From: a virus
Direction: 5' to 3' (one strand)
Length of the DNA stretch: 64,000 nt
IMG/VR virus record: IMGVR_UViG_3300008108_000057
Span: 32,001 to 96,000 of that record
Shown here: piece by piece, positions 41,679 through 51,894 of the stretch
Numbering within the stretch: the stretch's first letter is position 1
Layout of the letters: every line of letters begins with the position of its first letter
Translations under genes and position numbers: made by a program
The notes under the pieces: model-generated
What the model saw: the letters and a program-made list of their open reading frames with translations, nothing else
What the model was told of the DNA's origin: nothing
The model's database searches: none

Positions 41679-42323
41679 ATGAAACTTATCAAAGAAGTTT
41701 TTGAAACTGTTGAATATCTCACAGAAGAAGCAGACGGACAAAAACAATTATACATTCAAGGGCCATTTCTTGTCTCAGAAAAGAAAAACAAAAATGGTCG
41801 CCTGTATGAATTCAATACGATGAAAAAAGAAGTTCATCGTTATACAGAAGATTATATCAATAAAAATCGTGCTTATGGAGAACTGGGACATCCAGATTCT
41901 CCCACAATCAACTTAGACCGTGTTGCTATTCTTATCAAAGGATTGCATGAAGATGGTACTCAGTGGATTGGTAAAGCAAAAGTGTTGGACACACCAATGG
42001 GTAACATTGCTAGAAAACTTATTGAAGGTGGAGGATGTGTAGGTGTTTCCTCTAGAGGTATGGGTTCTCTAAAAAATGTAAACGGTGTTAATGTGGTTCA
42101 ACCAGACTTTTATCTTGCCACAGCGGCTGATATTGTAGCAGATCCTTCCGCACCTGGAGCTTTTGTTCAAGGTATTATGGAAGGCAAGGAATGGATGTTA
42201 GTAGAGGGCGTATGGACAGAGGTAGATCAAACTCATGCTATTCAGCAAATCAAACAAGCGAGTAGAAAAGAGATTGAACAAGTAAGTCTACGCATATTTG
42301 AAAACTTCATAAAAAAACTTTAA
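41679..42323 (+). CDS. Prohead protease gp21
   Basis: N.NGR.Y, RAYGELGHP, GVSSRGMGSL, DIVADPSAP.AFV.GIMEGKEW. Confidence 0.96.
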   Translation: MKLIKEVFETVEYLTEEADGQKQLYIQGPFLVSEKKNKNGRLYEFNTMKKEVHRYTEDYINKNRAYGELGHPDSPTINLDRVAILIKGLHEDGTQWIGKAKVLDTPMGNIARKLIEGGGCVGVSSRGMGSLKNVNGVNVVQPDFYLATAADIVADPSAPGAFVQGIMEGKEWMLVEGVWTEVDQTHAIQQIKQASRKEIEQVSLRIFENFIKKL

Positions 42324-42324
42324 T

Positions 42325-42332
42325 TATAAATA
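42325..42332 (+). promoter_or_regulatory. T4-type late promoter for gp22/gp23
   Basis: TATAAATA. Confidence 0.75.
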
Positions 42333-42363
42333 TCCAATATAGAAAAACAAGGAGATTTCTAAA

Positions 42364-43512
42364 ATGCCTAAATTTAATCTTTCTGAAGCCGCTAAGGAAA
42401 TTTTAGACGCATCTATTGCATCTAAAAGAGGTGGTCAAGATCAACCTTCAAAGCTACCATCAAGCATTGCTTATGGTACACAAGATGTAGGTTCAATCGG
42501 TGACGATCCAGAAAAAACAGATGAGACACTACCTGATTATACAAAAGGAGTTCCTACAGCAACTCCTCCAGGTGCAACTCCTCCTGTTGGTTCAGAGCCT
42601 ATGAAGAAGTTATCAGGTCAACCACAAGAAACAATGGGTCGTGGTGATCTAAGAACAATTCAGCAATCAGATGCTACAGACATGGCTAACATCCGTGATC
42701 GTATCGCTGGTAAATTGGCACCACAAACAATGTCAATGAATCCAGGTGCTACATTCCAATCATATCACGAAAGCATTGATATGACTGATGATGTTGCTGC
42801 TCTGCTAGAAGGTGAGAACCTATCTGAAGAATTCAGAAACAAAGCAACAACTATTTTTGAAGCTGCTGTTCTATCAAGAGTAGAAACTATTGTTGAAGCA
42901 ATGGAAACTAATCTGACAGAAGAATTCCAAGTTGCTGTTGAGCAAATCAAGGAAGACTTAGCAGAAAAGCTAGATGAATATCTAAACTATATGGTTGAAG
43001 AATGGATGCAACAAAATGAACTCGCAATTGAAAGAGGCCTACGTGCCGAAATCGTTGAAGAATTCATGGGCAAACTACGCAATCTATTCGTAGAATCATA
43101 CATTGATATTCCAGAAGAAAAAGTTGATGCAGTAGAAGAACTAGTTGGTCGTGTTGAAGAACTGGAAGACTCTCTAAACGAAGAAATTCAAAAGAATGTT
43201 GAGTTCAAAAAAGCGATTAACGAACACAAAAAAATTGAGGCTATCCACGCAGCATGTGAAGGCCTTACTCAGACTCAAGTAGAAAAAGTCAAAGCACTTG
43301 CAGAAAGTCTTGAATTTACTACTGAAGAAGATTTTGGAGAAAAACTAGAGACAATCAAGGAATCATATTTTCCAAGTCAAGTTAAAGCTGCCGAATCGTC
43401 TGACCTGAACGAAGAAATTCAAATTGATGACGAAGATAAAAAAGGTAACAAATCTTCAGATCCAATGATGAATGCTTACGCTCAAGCTATCACTAAAACT
43501 TTGGCAAAATAA
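42364..43512 (+). CDS. Prohead scaffold protein gp22
   Basis: LSEEF..KA.TIFEAAV, YL.Y.VEEWM..N.LAIE.GL, KL.TIKESYF. Confidence 0.93.
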   Translation: MPKFNLSEAAKEILDASIASKRGGQDQPSKLPSSIAYGTQDVGSIGDDPEKTDETLPDYTKGVPTATPPGATPPVGSEPMKKLSGQPQETMGRGDLRTIQQSDATDMANIRDRIAGKLAPQTMSMNPGATFQSYHESIDMTDDVAALLEGENLSEEFRNKATTIFEAAVLSRVETIVEAMETNLTEEFQVAVEQIKEDLAEKLDEYLNYMVEEWMQQNELAIERGLRAEIVEEFMGKLRNLFVESYIDIPEEKVDAVEELVGRVEELEDSLNEEIQKNVEFKKAINEHKKIEAIHAACEGLTQTQVEKVKALAESLEFTTEEDFGEKLETIKESYFPSQVKAAESSDLNEEIQIDDEDKKGNKSSDPMMNAYAQAITKTLAK

Positions 43513-43543
43513 ATAAAAAACCAATAACAAAAAGGAGACTTAG

Positions 43544-44866
43544 ATGTATCTTTCCGAACAACTAAAACAAAAATGGGCTCCTGTTCTGGAACATCCAGAA
43601 CTAGATGCAATTAAGGACCCATATAAGAAGGCTGTTACAGCCATGGTTCTTGAGAACCAACAACAAGCTATGCAACAAGACGCTGGTTTGTTAAACGAAG
43701 CAATTCCAGGTCCTACTAACGTTACAGGTGGTGTTCAGAACTTTGACCCAATCCTGATCTCTTTAGTTCGTCGTGCATTGCCTAACCTGATTGCATATGA
43801 TGTTGCTGGCGTTCAGCCAATGACAGGTCCTACAGGACTGATCTTTGCAATGAGAGCAAGATATGCTAACCAAAATGGTTCAGAAGCTTTCTACAACGAA
43901 GCTAACACAATCTTCTCTGGTACTAGCTCACAAAACAACCCATACGGTTTTGCAGGTACTCCAGCAACTGACGTTGGCACTAACCCTGTTGCAAGTCTAG
44001 CAGCTAATGCTTACACAACTGGTATTGCACTGCCAACTGCTACTGCTGAATTCTTGGGTTCAGACAGTAATGCTGTATTCCAGCAAATGGCATTTAGCAT
44101 TGAGAAAGTTTCCGTAACTGCTCAATCACGTGCCCTGAAAGCTGAATACTCACTAGAACTAGCACAAGACTTGAAAGCAATTCATGGTCTGGATGCTGAG
44201 ACAGAACTAAGCAACATTCTGTCAACAGAAATTCTAGCTGAGATCAACCGTGAAGTTATTCGTACAATCTACACCACTGCTGTTGCTGGTGCTCAGTATG
44301 GTACAACAACTGCTGGTTACTTTGACTTAGACACAGACTCAAATGGCCGTTGGTCAGTTGAGCGTTTCAAAGGTCTAATTTTCCAAATTGAGCGTGATGC
44401 AAACGTTATTGCAAAGCAGACTCGTAGAGGAAAAGGTAACGTTCTGATCGTTTCTTCAGACGTTGCTTCAGCTATGGCTATGGCTGGTGTTCTACAATAC
44501 ACACCTGCTCTACAAGCTGATCTGCAAGTAGATGACACAGGCAATACCTTTGCTGGTATGCTACATGGACGTATCAAAGTGTACATCGATCCATACTTCG
44601 GTGGATACACAAGCAACCAAGAACTAGTAACAGTTGGATATAAGGGTTCTTCTCCTTATGACGCTGGTCTGTTCTACTGCCCATACGTTCCTCTACAAAT
44701 GGTTCGTGCTGTTGACCAGTATACATTCCAACCAAAAATTGGATTCAAGACTCGTTACGGTATGGTAGCTAACCCATTTGCTGAAGGTATCGTAAAAGGC
44801 AATGGTAATCTAGATGCTCGTAGCAATGTATACTACAGAATCTTCGGTGTTAAGAATCTGATGTAA
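43544..44866 (+). CDS. Major capsid protein gp23
   Basis: KWAPVL, FDPILISLVRR..PNLIAYD..GVQPMTGPTGLIFAMR, SRALKAEYS.ELAQDLKAIHGLDAE.EL, FQPKIGFKTRYG. Confidence 0.98.
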   Translation: MYLSEQLKQKWAPVLEHPELDAIKDPYKKAVTAMVLENQQQAMQQDAGLLNEAIPGPTNVTGGVQNFDPILISLVRRALPNLIAYDVAGVQPMTGPTGLIFAMRARYANQNGSEAFYNEANTIFSGTSSQNNPYGFAGTPATDVGTNPVASLAANAYTTGIALPTATAEFLGSDSNAVFQQMAFSIEKVSVTAQSRALKAEYSLELAQDLKAIHGLDAETELSNILSTEILAEINREVIRTIYTTAVAGAQYGTTTAGYFDLDTDSNGRWSVERFKGLIFQIERDANVIAKQTRRGKGNVLIVSSDVASAMAMAGVLQYTPALQADLQVDDTGNTFAGMLHGRIKVYIDPYFGGYTSNQELVTVGYKGSSPYDAGLFYCPYVPLQMVRAVDQYTFQPKIGFKTRYGMVANPFAEGIVKGNGNLDARSNVYYRIFGVKNLM

Positions 44867-44895
44867 TTGATGAAGTCACCATAGAGTGACGTTTA

Positions 44896-44926
44896 AGAGA
44901 GGCTCCCAAAAGGAGCCTCTTTTTTT
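44896..44926 (+). terminator. Intrinsic terminator after gp23
   Basis: AGAGGCTCC-caaaa-GGAGCCTCT followed by a T-run. Confidence 0.9.
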
Positions 44927-44927
44927 A

Positions 44928-44935
44928 TATAAATA
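44928..44935 (+). promoter_or_regulatory. T4-type late promoter for gp3
   Basis: TATAAATA immediately after the terminator. Confidence 0.75.
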
Positions 44936-44952
44936 CTCCATAAGGAGATCAC

Positions 44953-45483
44953 ATGCCACAATTAGTACCTCAACCACAGAATACAAATTTCTTACAGTCT
45001 ACAAAATTTGTATTGACTTTTCCTAGAATAAGCAATACACAATTTTTCTGTCAAGAAGTTAATTTGCCTGGCGTTTCTACATCAGAAATACCACAGACAA
45101 CTCCATTTGTTGATCTATACAGACCTGGTGATAAACTAGTATATGAGCCATTGAATGTGACATTTATTGTCAATGAAGATATGTCCTCATGGTTAGAAAT
45201 TCATGATTGGTTGAGAGGAATGACATTCCCTACAAACTTTGAAGAATACCAAAATCTAAAGAATCTATCTCCAATAGCATACTACGCACCAAAACCACAA
45301 TACTCAGATGGTATGTTGAATATACTGAGTGGATTGAACAACAAAAAAATAACTGTACAATTCACTGATATTTTTCCAACGTCATTATCTGCAATTCAAT
45401 TTAACGCTACTGATACCGACACTCCAACTATTACTGCCACGGCGAACTTCAGATATTCTTGGTATGATATAAGTAAAGCTTGA
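44953..45483 (+). CDS. Tail tube terminator/completion protein gp3
   Basis: N.L....F.......FFCQ.VNLPG, PGDKL.Y..L.VTFIV.ED...W.EI..W, FPTSLS...F. Confidence 0.88.
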   Translation: MPQLVPQPQNTNFLQSTKFVLTFPRISNTQFFCQEVNLPGVSTSEIPQTTPFVDLYRPGDKLVYEPLNVTFIVNEDMSSWLEIHDWLRGMTFPTNFEEYQNLKNLSPIAYYAPKPQYSDGMLNILSGLNNKKITVQFTDIFPTSLSAIQFNATDTDTPTITATANFRYSWYDISKA

Positions 45484-45509
45484 CAATAATTAATTGGTTA
45501 TGATATAAT
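45480..45509 (+). promoter_or_regulatory. Sigma70-type promoter upstream of uvsY
   Basis: TTGACA-18-TATAAT with extended TG. Confidence 0.7.
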
Positions 45510-45541
45510 CAAAGTTGGTTAACTTTTATAGTTTTTTTATT

Positions 45542-45979
45542 ATGGAAAACTTAGAACAAGTATTGAAATATTGGGAAACTGATTCTGTAGTGGATGAAAC
45601 AGAGCCATCTAGAGAGATCATTCGCATTCCAAATCTTCACAGCAAATATCTAAACATTATGACTAAGCATAGAATTGCTGTCAAGAAAGCTACATTTGAT
45701 TACCACAGAATGAAGAAAGTCAAGTGGGAATACTACACAGGTAAGATGGATGAAGATGAACTAAAAGAATACGGTTGGGAACCGTTTCGGTTTACCCTCA
45801 AATCTGATGTGTCTACATACTTAGAGAGTGACGGTGATTTAATTAAACTTTTAGAGAAGAAGGTATATCATGAAGAAGTCGTTGAAGTCTGTACTGCTAT
45901 TCTTAAAGAATTAGCAAACAGAACATGGCAGCTTCGTGAACACATGACACATGAGCGATTCATCCAAGGAGCAAGATAA
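45542..45979 (+). CDS. uvsY: Recombination mediator UvsY
   Basis: W..DS..D, IP.LHSKYL, WEYY.GK, YLE.D.DL; synteny gp3-uvsY-uvsW. Confidence 0.88.
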   Translation: MENLEQVLKYWETDSVVDETEPSREIIRIPNLHSKYLNIMTKHRIAVKKATFDYHRMKKVKWEYYTGKMDEDELKEYGWEPFRFTLKSDVSTYLESDGDLIKLLEKKVYHEEVVEVCTAILKELANRTWQLREHMTHERFIQGAR

Positions 45980-47480
45980 CTTAGTTATCACAAAAAAGAA
46001 TGAAGTATATGCACACATAGAATGTGAAAAACATTTAGCTAAAGAGCTATCTGAATATTTCACATTCTTTGTACCTGGTTATCAATTCACGCCAGCATTC
46101 AGAAATAGAATCTGGGATGGTAAGATAAGATTATTTGATCAAAGAAATAATAATATCTATCTAGGTCTTTTACCATACATAGAACAATTCGCTAGTGAAA
46201 GACAATACGATATTGAGTATGGTGATCCAAGACCAGATTTAACAGACGATTTTTCAATATATCTTGCTAATAAATTTGTAGAAGAACTAAATCTACATTC
46301 TCAAAGAAAACAAATACAAGTTCGTGATTATCAGCTAGAAGCTTTTGTTCATGGTATGCGTCATAGGAGAGCATTATTATTGTCTCCTACAGCATCAGGC
46401 AAGTCCCTCATCATATATCTATTTGTACGTCAATTCCTTGAATACAAAGGCTACAAAGGGTTAATTATAGTCCCGACTACATCACTAGTAGAACAATTAT
46501 ATACTGATTTTGTAGACTATTCTACAGAAAATGCATTTGATGTAGAAGCTAACGTGCATAGAGTATATCAAGGTAAAGATAAAGTATCAGAGAAGAATCT
46601 GATTATTTCTACATGGCAATCTCTGTACAAATTACCTAAAGAGTATTTTGAACAGTTTGATTATATTATTGGTGATGAAGCTCATTTATTCAAAGCTCAG
46701 TCTTTGACTACCATAATGACTTCCTGCACTAATACAAAATACCGTATTGGTTTGACTGGTACATTAGATGGTACAAAGACACACAAACTAGTTTTAGAAG
46801 GTCTATTTGGGCCTGTAGAAAAAGTTACTACAACAAAGAAGCTAATTGAAAATGAACAATTAGCAGAATTCAATATCAAGTGTCTAATACTCAAGCATTC
46901 TGAAGAAACGGCAAAAGAATTAAAGAAAAAAGAATATAAAGACGAAATAGAATATTTAATTGGTTGTGAAGCTAGAAACAAATTCATTAAAAATCTAGCA
47001 TTATCACTCGGTAATAATACATTAATCTTGTATCAATATGTTGACAAGCACGGCCAATTGTTATATGATTGGATTGCCAATGCCAAGAATATAGGCAATA
47101 GAAAAGTATTCTTTATTCACGGTGGCGTTGATGCAGAAGAACGAGAACAAGTTAGACGAATTATGGAGGAAGAAAAAGATGCAATTATTGTGGCTTCTTT
47201 TGGTACTTTTAGTACCGGTATTAATATACGCAATTTACATAACATTATCTTTGCGTCTCCCTCCAAATCTAGAATTAGAAATTTACAATCAATCGGCAGA
47301 GGACTTCGAAAAGGAGCAGGAAAAGAAAAAGCAGTCCTCTTTGATATTGCCGATGACCTTCGAGTCGGCAAACACATGAACTTTACTTTGAGGCATTTCG
47401 TGGAAAGAACAAAGATATATAATGATGAAGGATTCCCTTATAAACTCTATAAAATAGGACTCAAGAATGGAACAAATTAA
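45951..47480 (+). CDS. uvsW: DNA helicase UvsW
   Basis: WDGKIRLF, RDYQ, SPTASGKS, DEAH, GLTGT, LQSIGRGLR. Confidence 0.95.
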   Translation: MSDSSKEQDNLVITKKNEVYAHIECEKHLAKELSEYFTFFVPGYQFTPAFRNRIWDGKIRLFDQRNNNIYLGLLPYIEQFASERQYDIEYGDPRPDLTDDFSIYLANKFVEELNLHSQRKQIQVRDYQLEAFVHGMRHRRALLLSPTASGKSLIIYLFVRQFLEYKGYKGLIIVPTTSLVEQLYTDFVDYSTENAFDVEANVHRVYQGKDKVSEKNLIISTWQSLYKLPKEYFEQFDYIIGDEAHLFKAQSLTTIMTSCTNTKYRIGLTGTLDGTKTHKLVLEGLFGPVEKVTTTKKLIENEQLAEFNIKCLILKHSEETAKELKKKEYKDEIEYLIGCEARNKFIKNLALSLGNNTLILYQYVDKHGQLLYDWIANAKNIGNRKVFFIHGGVDAEEREQVRRIMEEEKDAIIVASFGTFSTGINIRNLHNIIFASPSKSRIRNLQSIGRGLRKGAGKEKAVLFDIADDLRVGKHMNFTLRHFVERTKIYNDEGFPYKLYKIGLKNGTN

Positions 47481-47844
47481 AATAGTCCGTCTTAAAACTG
47501 GAGTTGATATTATAGGCACTATCATTGAGCAAAATTACTCAACGTACATTAAAGATGCTATGATCATAGAAATACACGATGATCTTCGTAATCAAAAACA
47601 AGTCTTAACCCTTGCTAATTGGGCTCCTTCTTCAATCATAAAAAACAATGAATGTGTTATTGGAGACAATGATATTTTAACCAAGTTTGATCCTACAGAT
47701 ACTTTTGTGGAACATTACATTGGTACTTTGAAAACTATCTCTGCTTTAGCTAAAGCTAAGAAAGACGCAGATGAACTTAATGATGATGAAATAACTAATT
47801 TGATTGAAGCAATGGAAGAGAAAGAATATCATACCTTACAGTAA
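47467..47844 (+). CDS. Hypothetical protein (uvsW-gp55 interval)
   Basis: IVRLKTG.DIIG N-terminus; typical position. Confidence 0.6.
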   Translation: MEQIKIVRLKTGVDIIGTIIEQNYSTYIKDAMIIEIHDDLRNQKQVLTLANWAPSSIIKNNECVIGDNDILTKFDPTDTFVEHYIGTLKTISALAKAKKDADELNDDEITNLIEAMEEKEYHTLQ

Positions 47845-47879
47845 TTAATCCTTTTATTAGCATCATTCTGGACATACTC

Positions 47880-47908
47880 AGTATAACGGTGTGTCAAGAC
47901 CTTGTCAA
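47880..47908 (-). promoter_or_regulatory. Minus-strand sigma70-type promoter (antisense to uvsW region)
   Basis: Reverse complement reads TTGACA-17-TATACT. Confidence 0.55.
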
Positions 47909-47928
47909 CACTTTTTTATGGTAAACTT

Positions 47929-48459
47929 ATGAGTAAACAGAAACACTACGTCAACAATGAGGATTTTCTCAAAGCACTTGTCCAGTACAAAAAAGACTGT
48001 AAACAAGCGATTAAACACAAAGAACCAAAACCAAAAGTACCTGAATATATTGGTGAATGCTTTATGAAGATTGCCGAAGGGTTATCTCATAAACCAAACT
48101 TTATCAACTATCCACATCGTGATGAGATGATTGGTGATGGTATAGAAAACTGTTTAATGTATTTTGAAAACTTTAATCCAGAAAAATCTAAAAATCCATT
48201 TGCTTACTTTACGCAGATAATTTATTTTGCTTTTCTTCGTCGTATCCAAAAAGAAAAGAAACAATTATACATCAAGTATAAAGCTACACAGCAAGTTGGT
48301 GTTTTGGATGAATATGAAATGTTAGAGTTTGAAGATGGAACTACCAAACAATTTGAACTCTACGATAATATTTCCGAATTCATTGAAAACTTTGAAGAAG
48401 GCAAGCGGAAGAAAAAAGAGGCAAACAAGCCTAAAGGTATTGAAAACTTTTTGGAATAG
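47929..48459 (+). CDS. Late transcription sigma factor gp55
   Basis: HYVNN..FL, YIGECF.KIA.GLS.KPNF.NY....MI.DGIENC, NPFAYFTQI...AFLRRI.KEKKQ. Confidence 0.96.
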   Translation: MSKQKHYVNNEDFLKALVQYKKDCKQAIKHKEPKPKVPEYIGECFMKIAEGLSHKPNFINYPHRDEMIGDGIENCLMYFENFNPEKSKNPFAYFTQIIYFAFLRRIQKEKKQLYIKYKATQQVGVLDEYEMLEFEDGTTKQFELYDNISEFIENFEEGKRKKKEANKPKGIENFLE

Positions 48460-48497
48460 TGATATAATTAAAGTTGGATTATTATAGGACACAATAA

Positions 48498-49571
48498 ATG
48501 TCAAAAGTGGCGATAATTACTGATCAGCATTTTGGTGCTAGAAATGACGCTCTTGTTTTTTTGGACTTCTATGAGAAGTTCTACAAAGAAACATTCTTTC
48601 CAACTTTAAGAAAAGAAGGTATACGGCAAGTATTGATTCTTGGTGATACTTTTGATAGAAGAAAGTATATAAACTTCTATAGTCTCAAAAGAGCCAAAGA
48701 GATGTTCTTTGATATTCTCCACGAAGAAGGTTTTGAAGTATACATGTTGGCAGGAAATCATGATACATACTTCAAGAATACAAATGAAGTAAACTCTGTA
48801 GATTTGTTATTGCAAGAATATGGTAATATTCATGTGATAGACTCACCAGAACACATATATGTTGGCTCTCATCTAATCTGTATGATACCATGGATATGTG
48901 TAGATAATTATGACGAATGTCTGAGTTTTATCAAAGAATCAACATCTGATATTTGTATGGGTCATTTTGAAATTGCAGGATTTTCAATGTACAAAGGAAT
49001 GCCATCAGATGAAGGACTTGATAGGAATATTTTCAGAAAATTCGAATTTACTTTCAGTGGGCATTATCACCATAAATCTTCTGCTGATGGGATTTACTAT
49101 CTTGGTAACCCGTATGAGCTTACCTGGCAAGACTACAACGATTCTCGTGGTTTTCACATTTTTGATCTTGATACTAGACAGCTTGATTTTGTTCAGAACC
49201 CTAACGTAATGTTTCATAAAGTTGTCTATGATGATAAGAATAAAGAGATTAAAGAATTATCTAATCATAATATGACACCATATACAAGTAAATATGTTAA
49301 GGTGGTTGTCTTGAATAAAACTAATCCATATTTGTTTGATGTGTTCATCAACAACTTATACCAATCAAATCCTGCCGATATTACCATCGTTGAAGATTTC
49401 ACAGACTTGACAGAAGGCGTAAGTGATGATATAATTGACCAGGCAGAAGATACTCTTACCATTTTAAACAATTATGTGGATGCTATCCAAGAAGATAATC
49501 TGGACAACAATAAACTGAAATCTATTCTCAAAGAACTTTACCTAGAAGCTATAAACACAGAAAAAGTATGA
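48498..49571 (+). CDS. Recombination nuclease gp47 (Mre11/SbcD-like)
   Basis: TDQHFG, LGDTFD, GNHD, GHFE, SGHYH metallophosphoesterase motifs. Confidence 0.95.
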   Translation: MSKVAIITDQHFGARNDALVFLDFYEKFYKETFFPTLRKEGIRQVLILGDTFDRRKYINFYSLKRAKEMFFDILHEEGFEVYMLAGNHDTYFKNTNEVNSVDLLLQEYGNIHVIDSPEHIYVGSHLICMIPWICVDNYDECLSFIKESTSDICMGHFEIAGFSMYKGMPSDEGLDRNIFRKFEFTFSGHYHHKSSADGIYYLGNPYELTWQDYNDSRGFHIFDLDTRQLDFVQNPNVMFHKVVYDDKNKEIKELSNHNMTPYTSKYVKVVVLNKTNPYLFDVFINNLYQSNPADITIVEDFTDLTEGVSDDIIDQAEDTLTILNNYVDAIQEDNLDNNKLKSILKELYLEAINTEKV

Positions 49572-51283
49572 TTATATTTGAAAAGGTTAGATGGAAAAAC
49601 TTTCTGTCTACTGGAAACTGGTTTACTGAAATTGACCTAAAAAGATCGCCAAACACACTTATTATAGGTTCAAATGGATCAGGAAAGTCAACCATTCTTG
49701 ATGCATTGACTTTTGGTTTGTTTGGTAAACCTTTTCGTAAAATCAACAAACCTCAACTACCAAATTCTATCAATGAAAAAGAATGTGTGGTAGAAATAGA
49801 GTTTTCTGTAGGTAAAAAAGCATATAAGATTATTCGTGGTATCAAGCCTAATGTGTTTGAAATCTACATTGACGGTAAACTACTGAATCAGGATGCAGCA
49901 GCTAAAGACTATCAAGAAGTGTTAGAAAAGAACATTCTCAAATTAAACTTTAAGTCTTTCACACAGATTGTTATTCTCGGCTCTGCATCTTTTACTCCTT
50001 TCATGCAACTATCAGCAGCAGACCGTAGAGGTATTATTGAGGACTTACTTGACATTCAAATTTTTTCTTCTATGAACTCTTTGGTAAAAGAAAAGATGGG
50101 TGAGATCAAAGATAAAAGTGTTCAATTGAAATATGATTTGGATCTGACAGCAGAGAAAATAGAACTACAGAAACAAAACATTGAAGAACACAAGAAACAC
50201 AATGATGCTGAGATCGAAAAGAAAAAACAAGAAATCATTGTAAGCGAAACACAAATAGGTCATTTACAGATTGATATTGAATTAATTCAGAAACACATCA
50301 ATGTACTAAATTCAAAAATCCTAAATAAAGATGTAGTAGAGACAAAAAGAACTAAACTTTCAAATCTTGAAAATCAGTTATCAAATAATTTAAGAAAACT
50401 GGATAAAGAAGTTCAGTTCTACGAAGATAACCACGACTGTCCTACTTGCAAACAGACAATTACACAAGAATGGAAAGAAAAACAAATACTAGAAAAGCAG
50501 GTTAAAAAAGGAGATATATCAGTAGCACTAACTGATATTGAGAAAAAGATTGCAGATGCAAACAATATTATAAACAAAATGTTGGAAGTTTCGAAACACA
50601 TTAGTGAACATAATTCAGAGGTGATAAAACATAATGCGTCAATTACAGCAATCAACAAATACGTGGCTAAACTTAATGCAGAAATTACGGAACTCTCAAA
50701 CAAAAAAGACAACCTTGAGGATGAGAACGCAAAGCTTAAAGAGTTACGAGAACAACTTGCCGGCCTTGTTAAAAAACAAAAAGAACTAGCAGACGAGAAA
50801 CAGTATTATGAATTTGCTGGAACATTGTTGAAAGATACTGGTATCAAAACAAAGATTATCAAACAATATCTTCCAATTATGAATAAGTTAATTAACAAGT
50901 ATCTGACAGCAATGGATTCGTTTATTAACTTTAATCTGAATGAAAATTTTGAAGAAACAATCAAATCTCGCCATAGAGATGATTTTAGTTATCATAATTT
51001 CTCTGAAGGTGAAAAGATGCGAATTGACTTAGCTATTCTGTTCACATGGAGACAGATTGCAAAGTTGAAGAATAGTGTCAACACCAATCTGCTGATATTA
51101 GATGAAGTGTTTGATTCTAGCCTAGATACTGTAGGTACTGATGAGTTTTTGAAGTTGATGTATGACGTTGGACAAGATACCAACGTATTTGTTATATCGC
51201 ATAAAGGTGATCAGTTATTTGATAAATTTAGAAGCGTGATTCGTTTCGAGAAGAAAAACAATTTTTCGAGGATAGCAAAATGA
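49568..51283 (+). CDS. Recombination ATPase gp46 (Rad50/SbcC-like)
   Basis: GSNGSGKST Walker A, CPTC zinc hook, FSEGEKMRIDLA signature, LILDEVFD. Confidence 0.96.
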   Translation: MIIFEKVRWKNFLSTGNWFTEIDLKRSPNTLIIGSNGSGKSTILDALTFGLFGKPFRKINKPQLPNSINEKECVVEIEFSVGKKAYKIIRGIKPNVFEIYIDGKLLNQDAAAKDYQEVLEKNILKLNFKSFTQIVILGSASFTPFMQLSAADRRGIIEDLLDIQIFSSMNSLVKEKMGEIKDKSVQLKYDLDLTAEKIELQKQNIEEHKKHNDAEIEKKKQEIIVSETQIGHLQIDIELIQKHINVLNSKILNKDVVETKRTKLSNLENQLSNNLRKLDKEVQFYEDNHDCPTCKQTITQEWKEKQILEKQVKKGDISVALTDIEKKIADANNIINKMLEVSKHISEHNSEVIKHNASITAINKYVAKLNAEITELSNKKDNLEDENAKLKELREQLAGLVKKQKELADEKQYYEFAGTLLKDTGIKTKIIKQYLPIMNKLINKYLTAMDSFINFNLNENFEETIKSRHRDDFSYHNFSEGEKMRIDLAILFTWRQIAKLKNSVNTNLLILDEVFDSSLDTVGTDEFLKLMYDVGQDTNVFVISHKGDQLFDKFRSVIRFEKKNNFSRIAK

Positions 51284-51894
51284 GTGATATTATTAGAATT
51301 AGCACAGATGATCCATCTGGCACAAAAGTACAACAGGTTAAAGTATTAGAACTTGTACCAGAAAAATTTTCTATTCTAGATGAAGTAATGCCTGAATTTG
51401 ATTTCAGTAATCCACCTACTGATCCAGTATTTCTCGCATCACAATTGGTAGAAACTTGCATTTATCATAAAGGTCTTGGTCTATCTGCAAATCAATGTGG
51501 ATTAAGATATAGAGTATTTGTGATGGGTGCAGGTAATGATTATGTTGCACATTTCAATCCAAAAATTGTTAGTGTGTCTGAAGAAAAAGCACATATGGAA
51601 GAAGGATGCTTATCTTATCCATTGTTGTTCATTCACATTACTAGACCAGAAAGTATTACTGTAGAATATCAAGACTTCAATGGTGAAAAAAAGACAGCAA
51701 CATATTCGGGTATAACTGCTAGATGTTTTCAACATGAACTTGACCACATGAATGGTGTTCGTTATACGAGTAAAGCAAAACCATTAGCACTACAAACAGC
51801 TAAGAAGAAAAAAGACAAACTAATTCACCGTTATAGGAAAGCAAATGAAAGATTGGCAGCACGGGTACGAACTGGATTACCTCAAATCGGTTGA
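51280..51894 (+). CDS. def: Peptide deformylase
   Basis: GLGLSANQ, EGCLS and QHELDH motifs. Confidence 0.93.
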   Translation: MSDIIRISTDDPSGTKVQQVKVLELVPEKFSILDEVMPEFDFSNPPTDPVFLASQLVETCIYHKGLGLSANQCGLRYRVFVMGAGNDYVAHFNPKIVSVSEEKAHMEEGCLSYPLLFIHITRPESITVEYQDFNGEKKTATYSGITARCFQHELDHMNGVRYTSKAKPLALQTAKKKKDKLIHRYRKANERLAARVRTGLPQIG

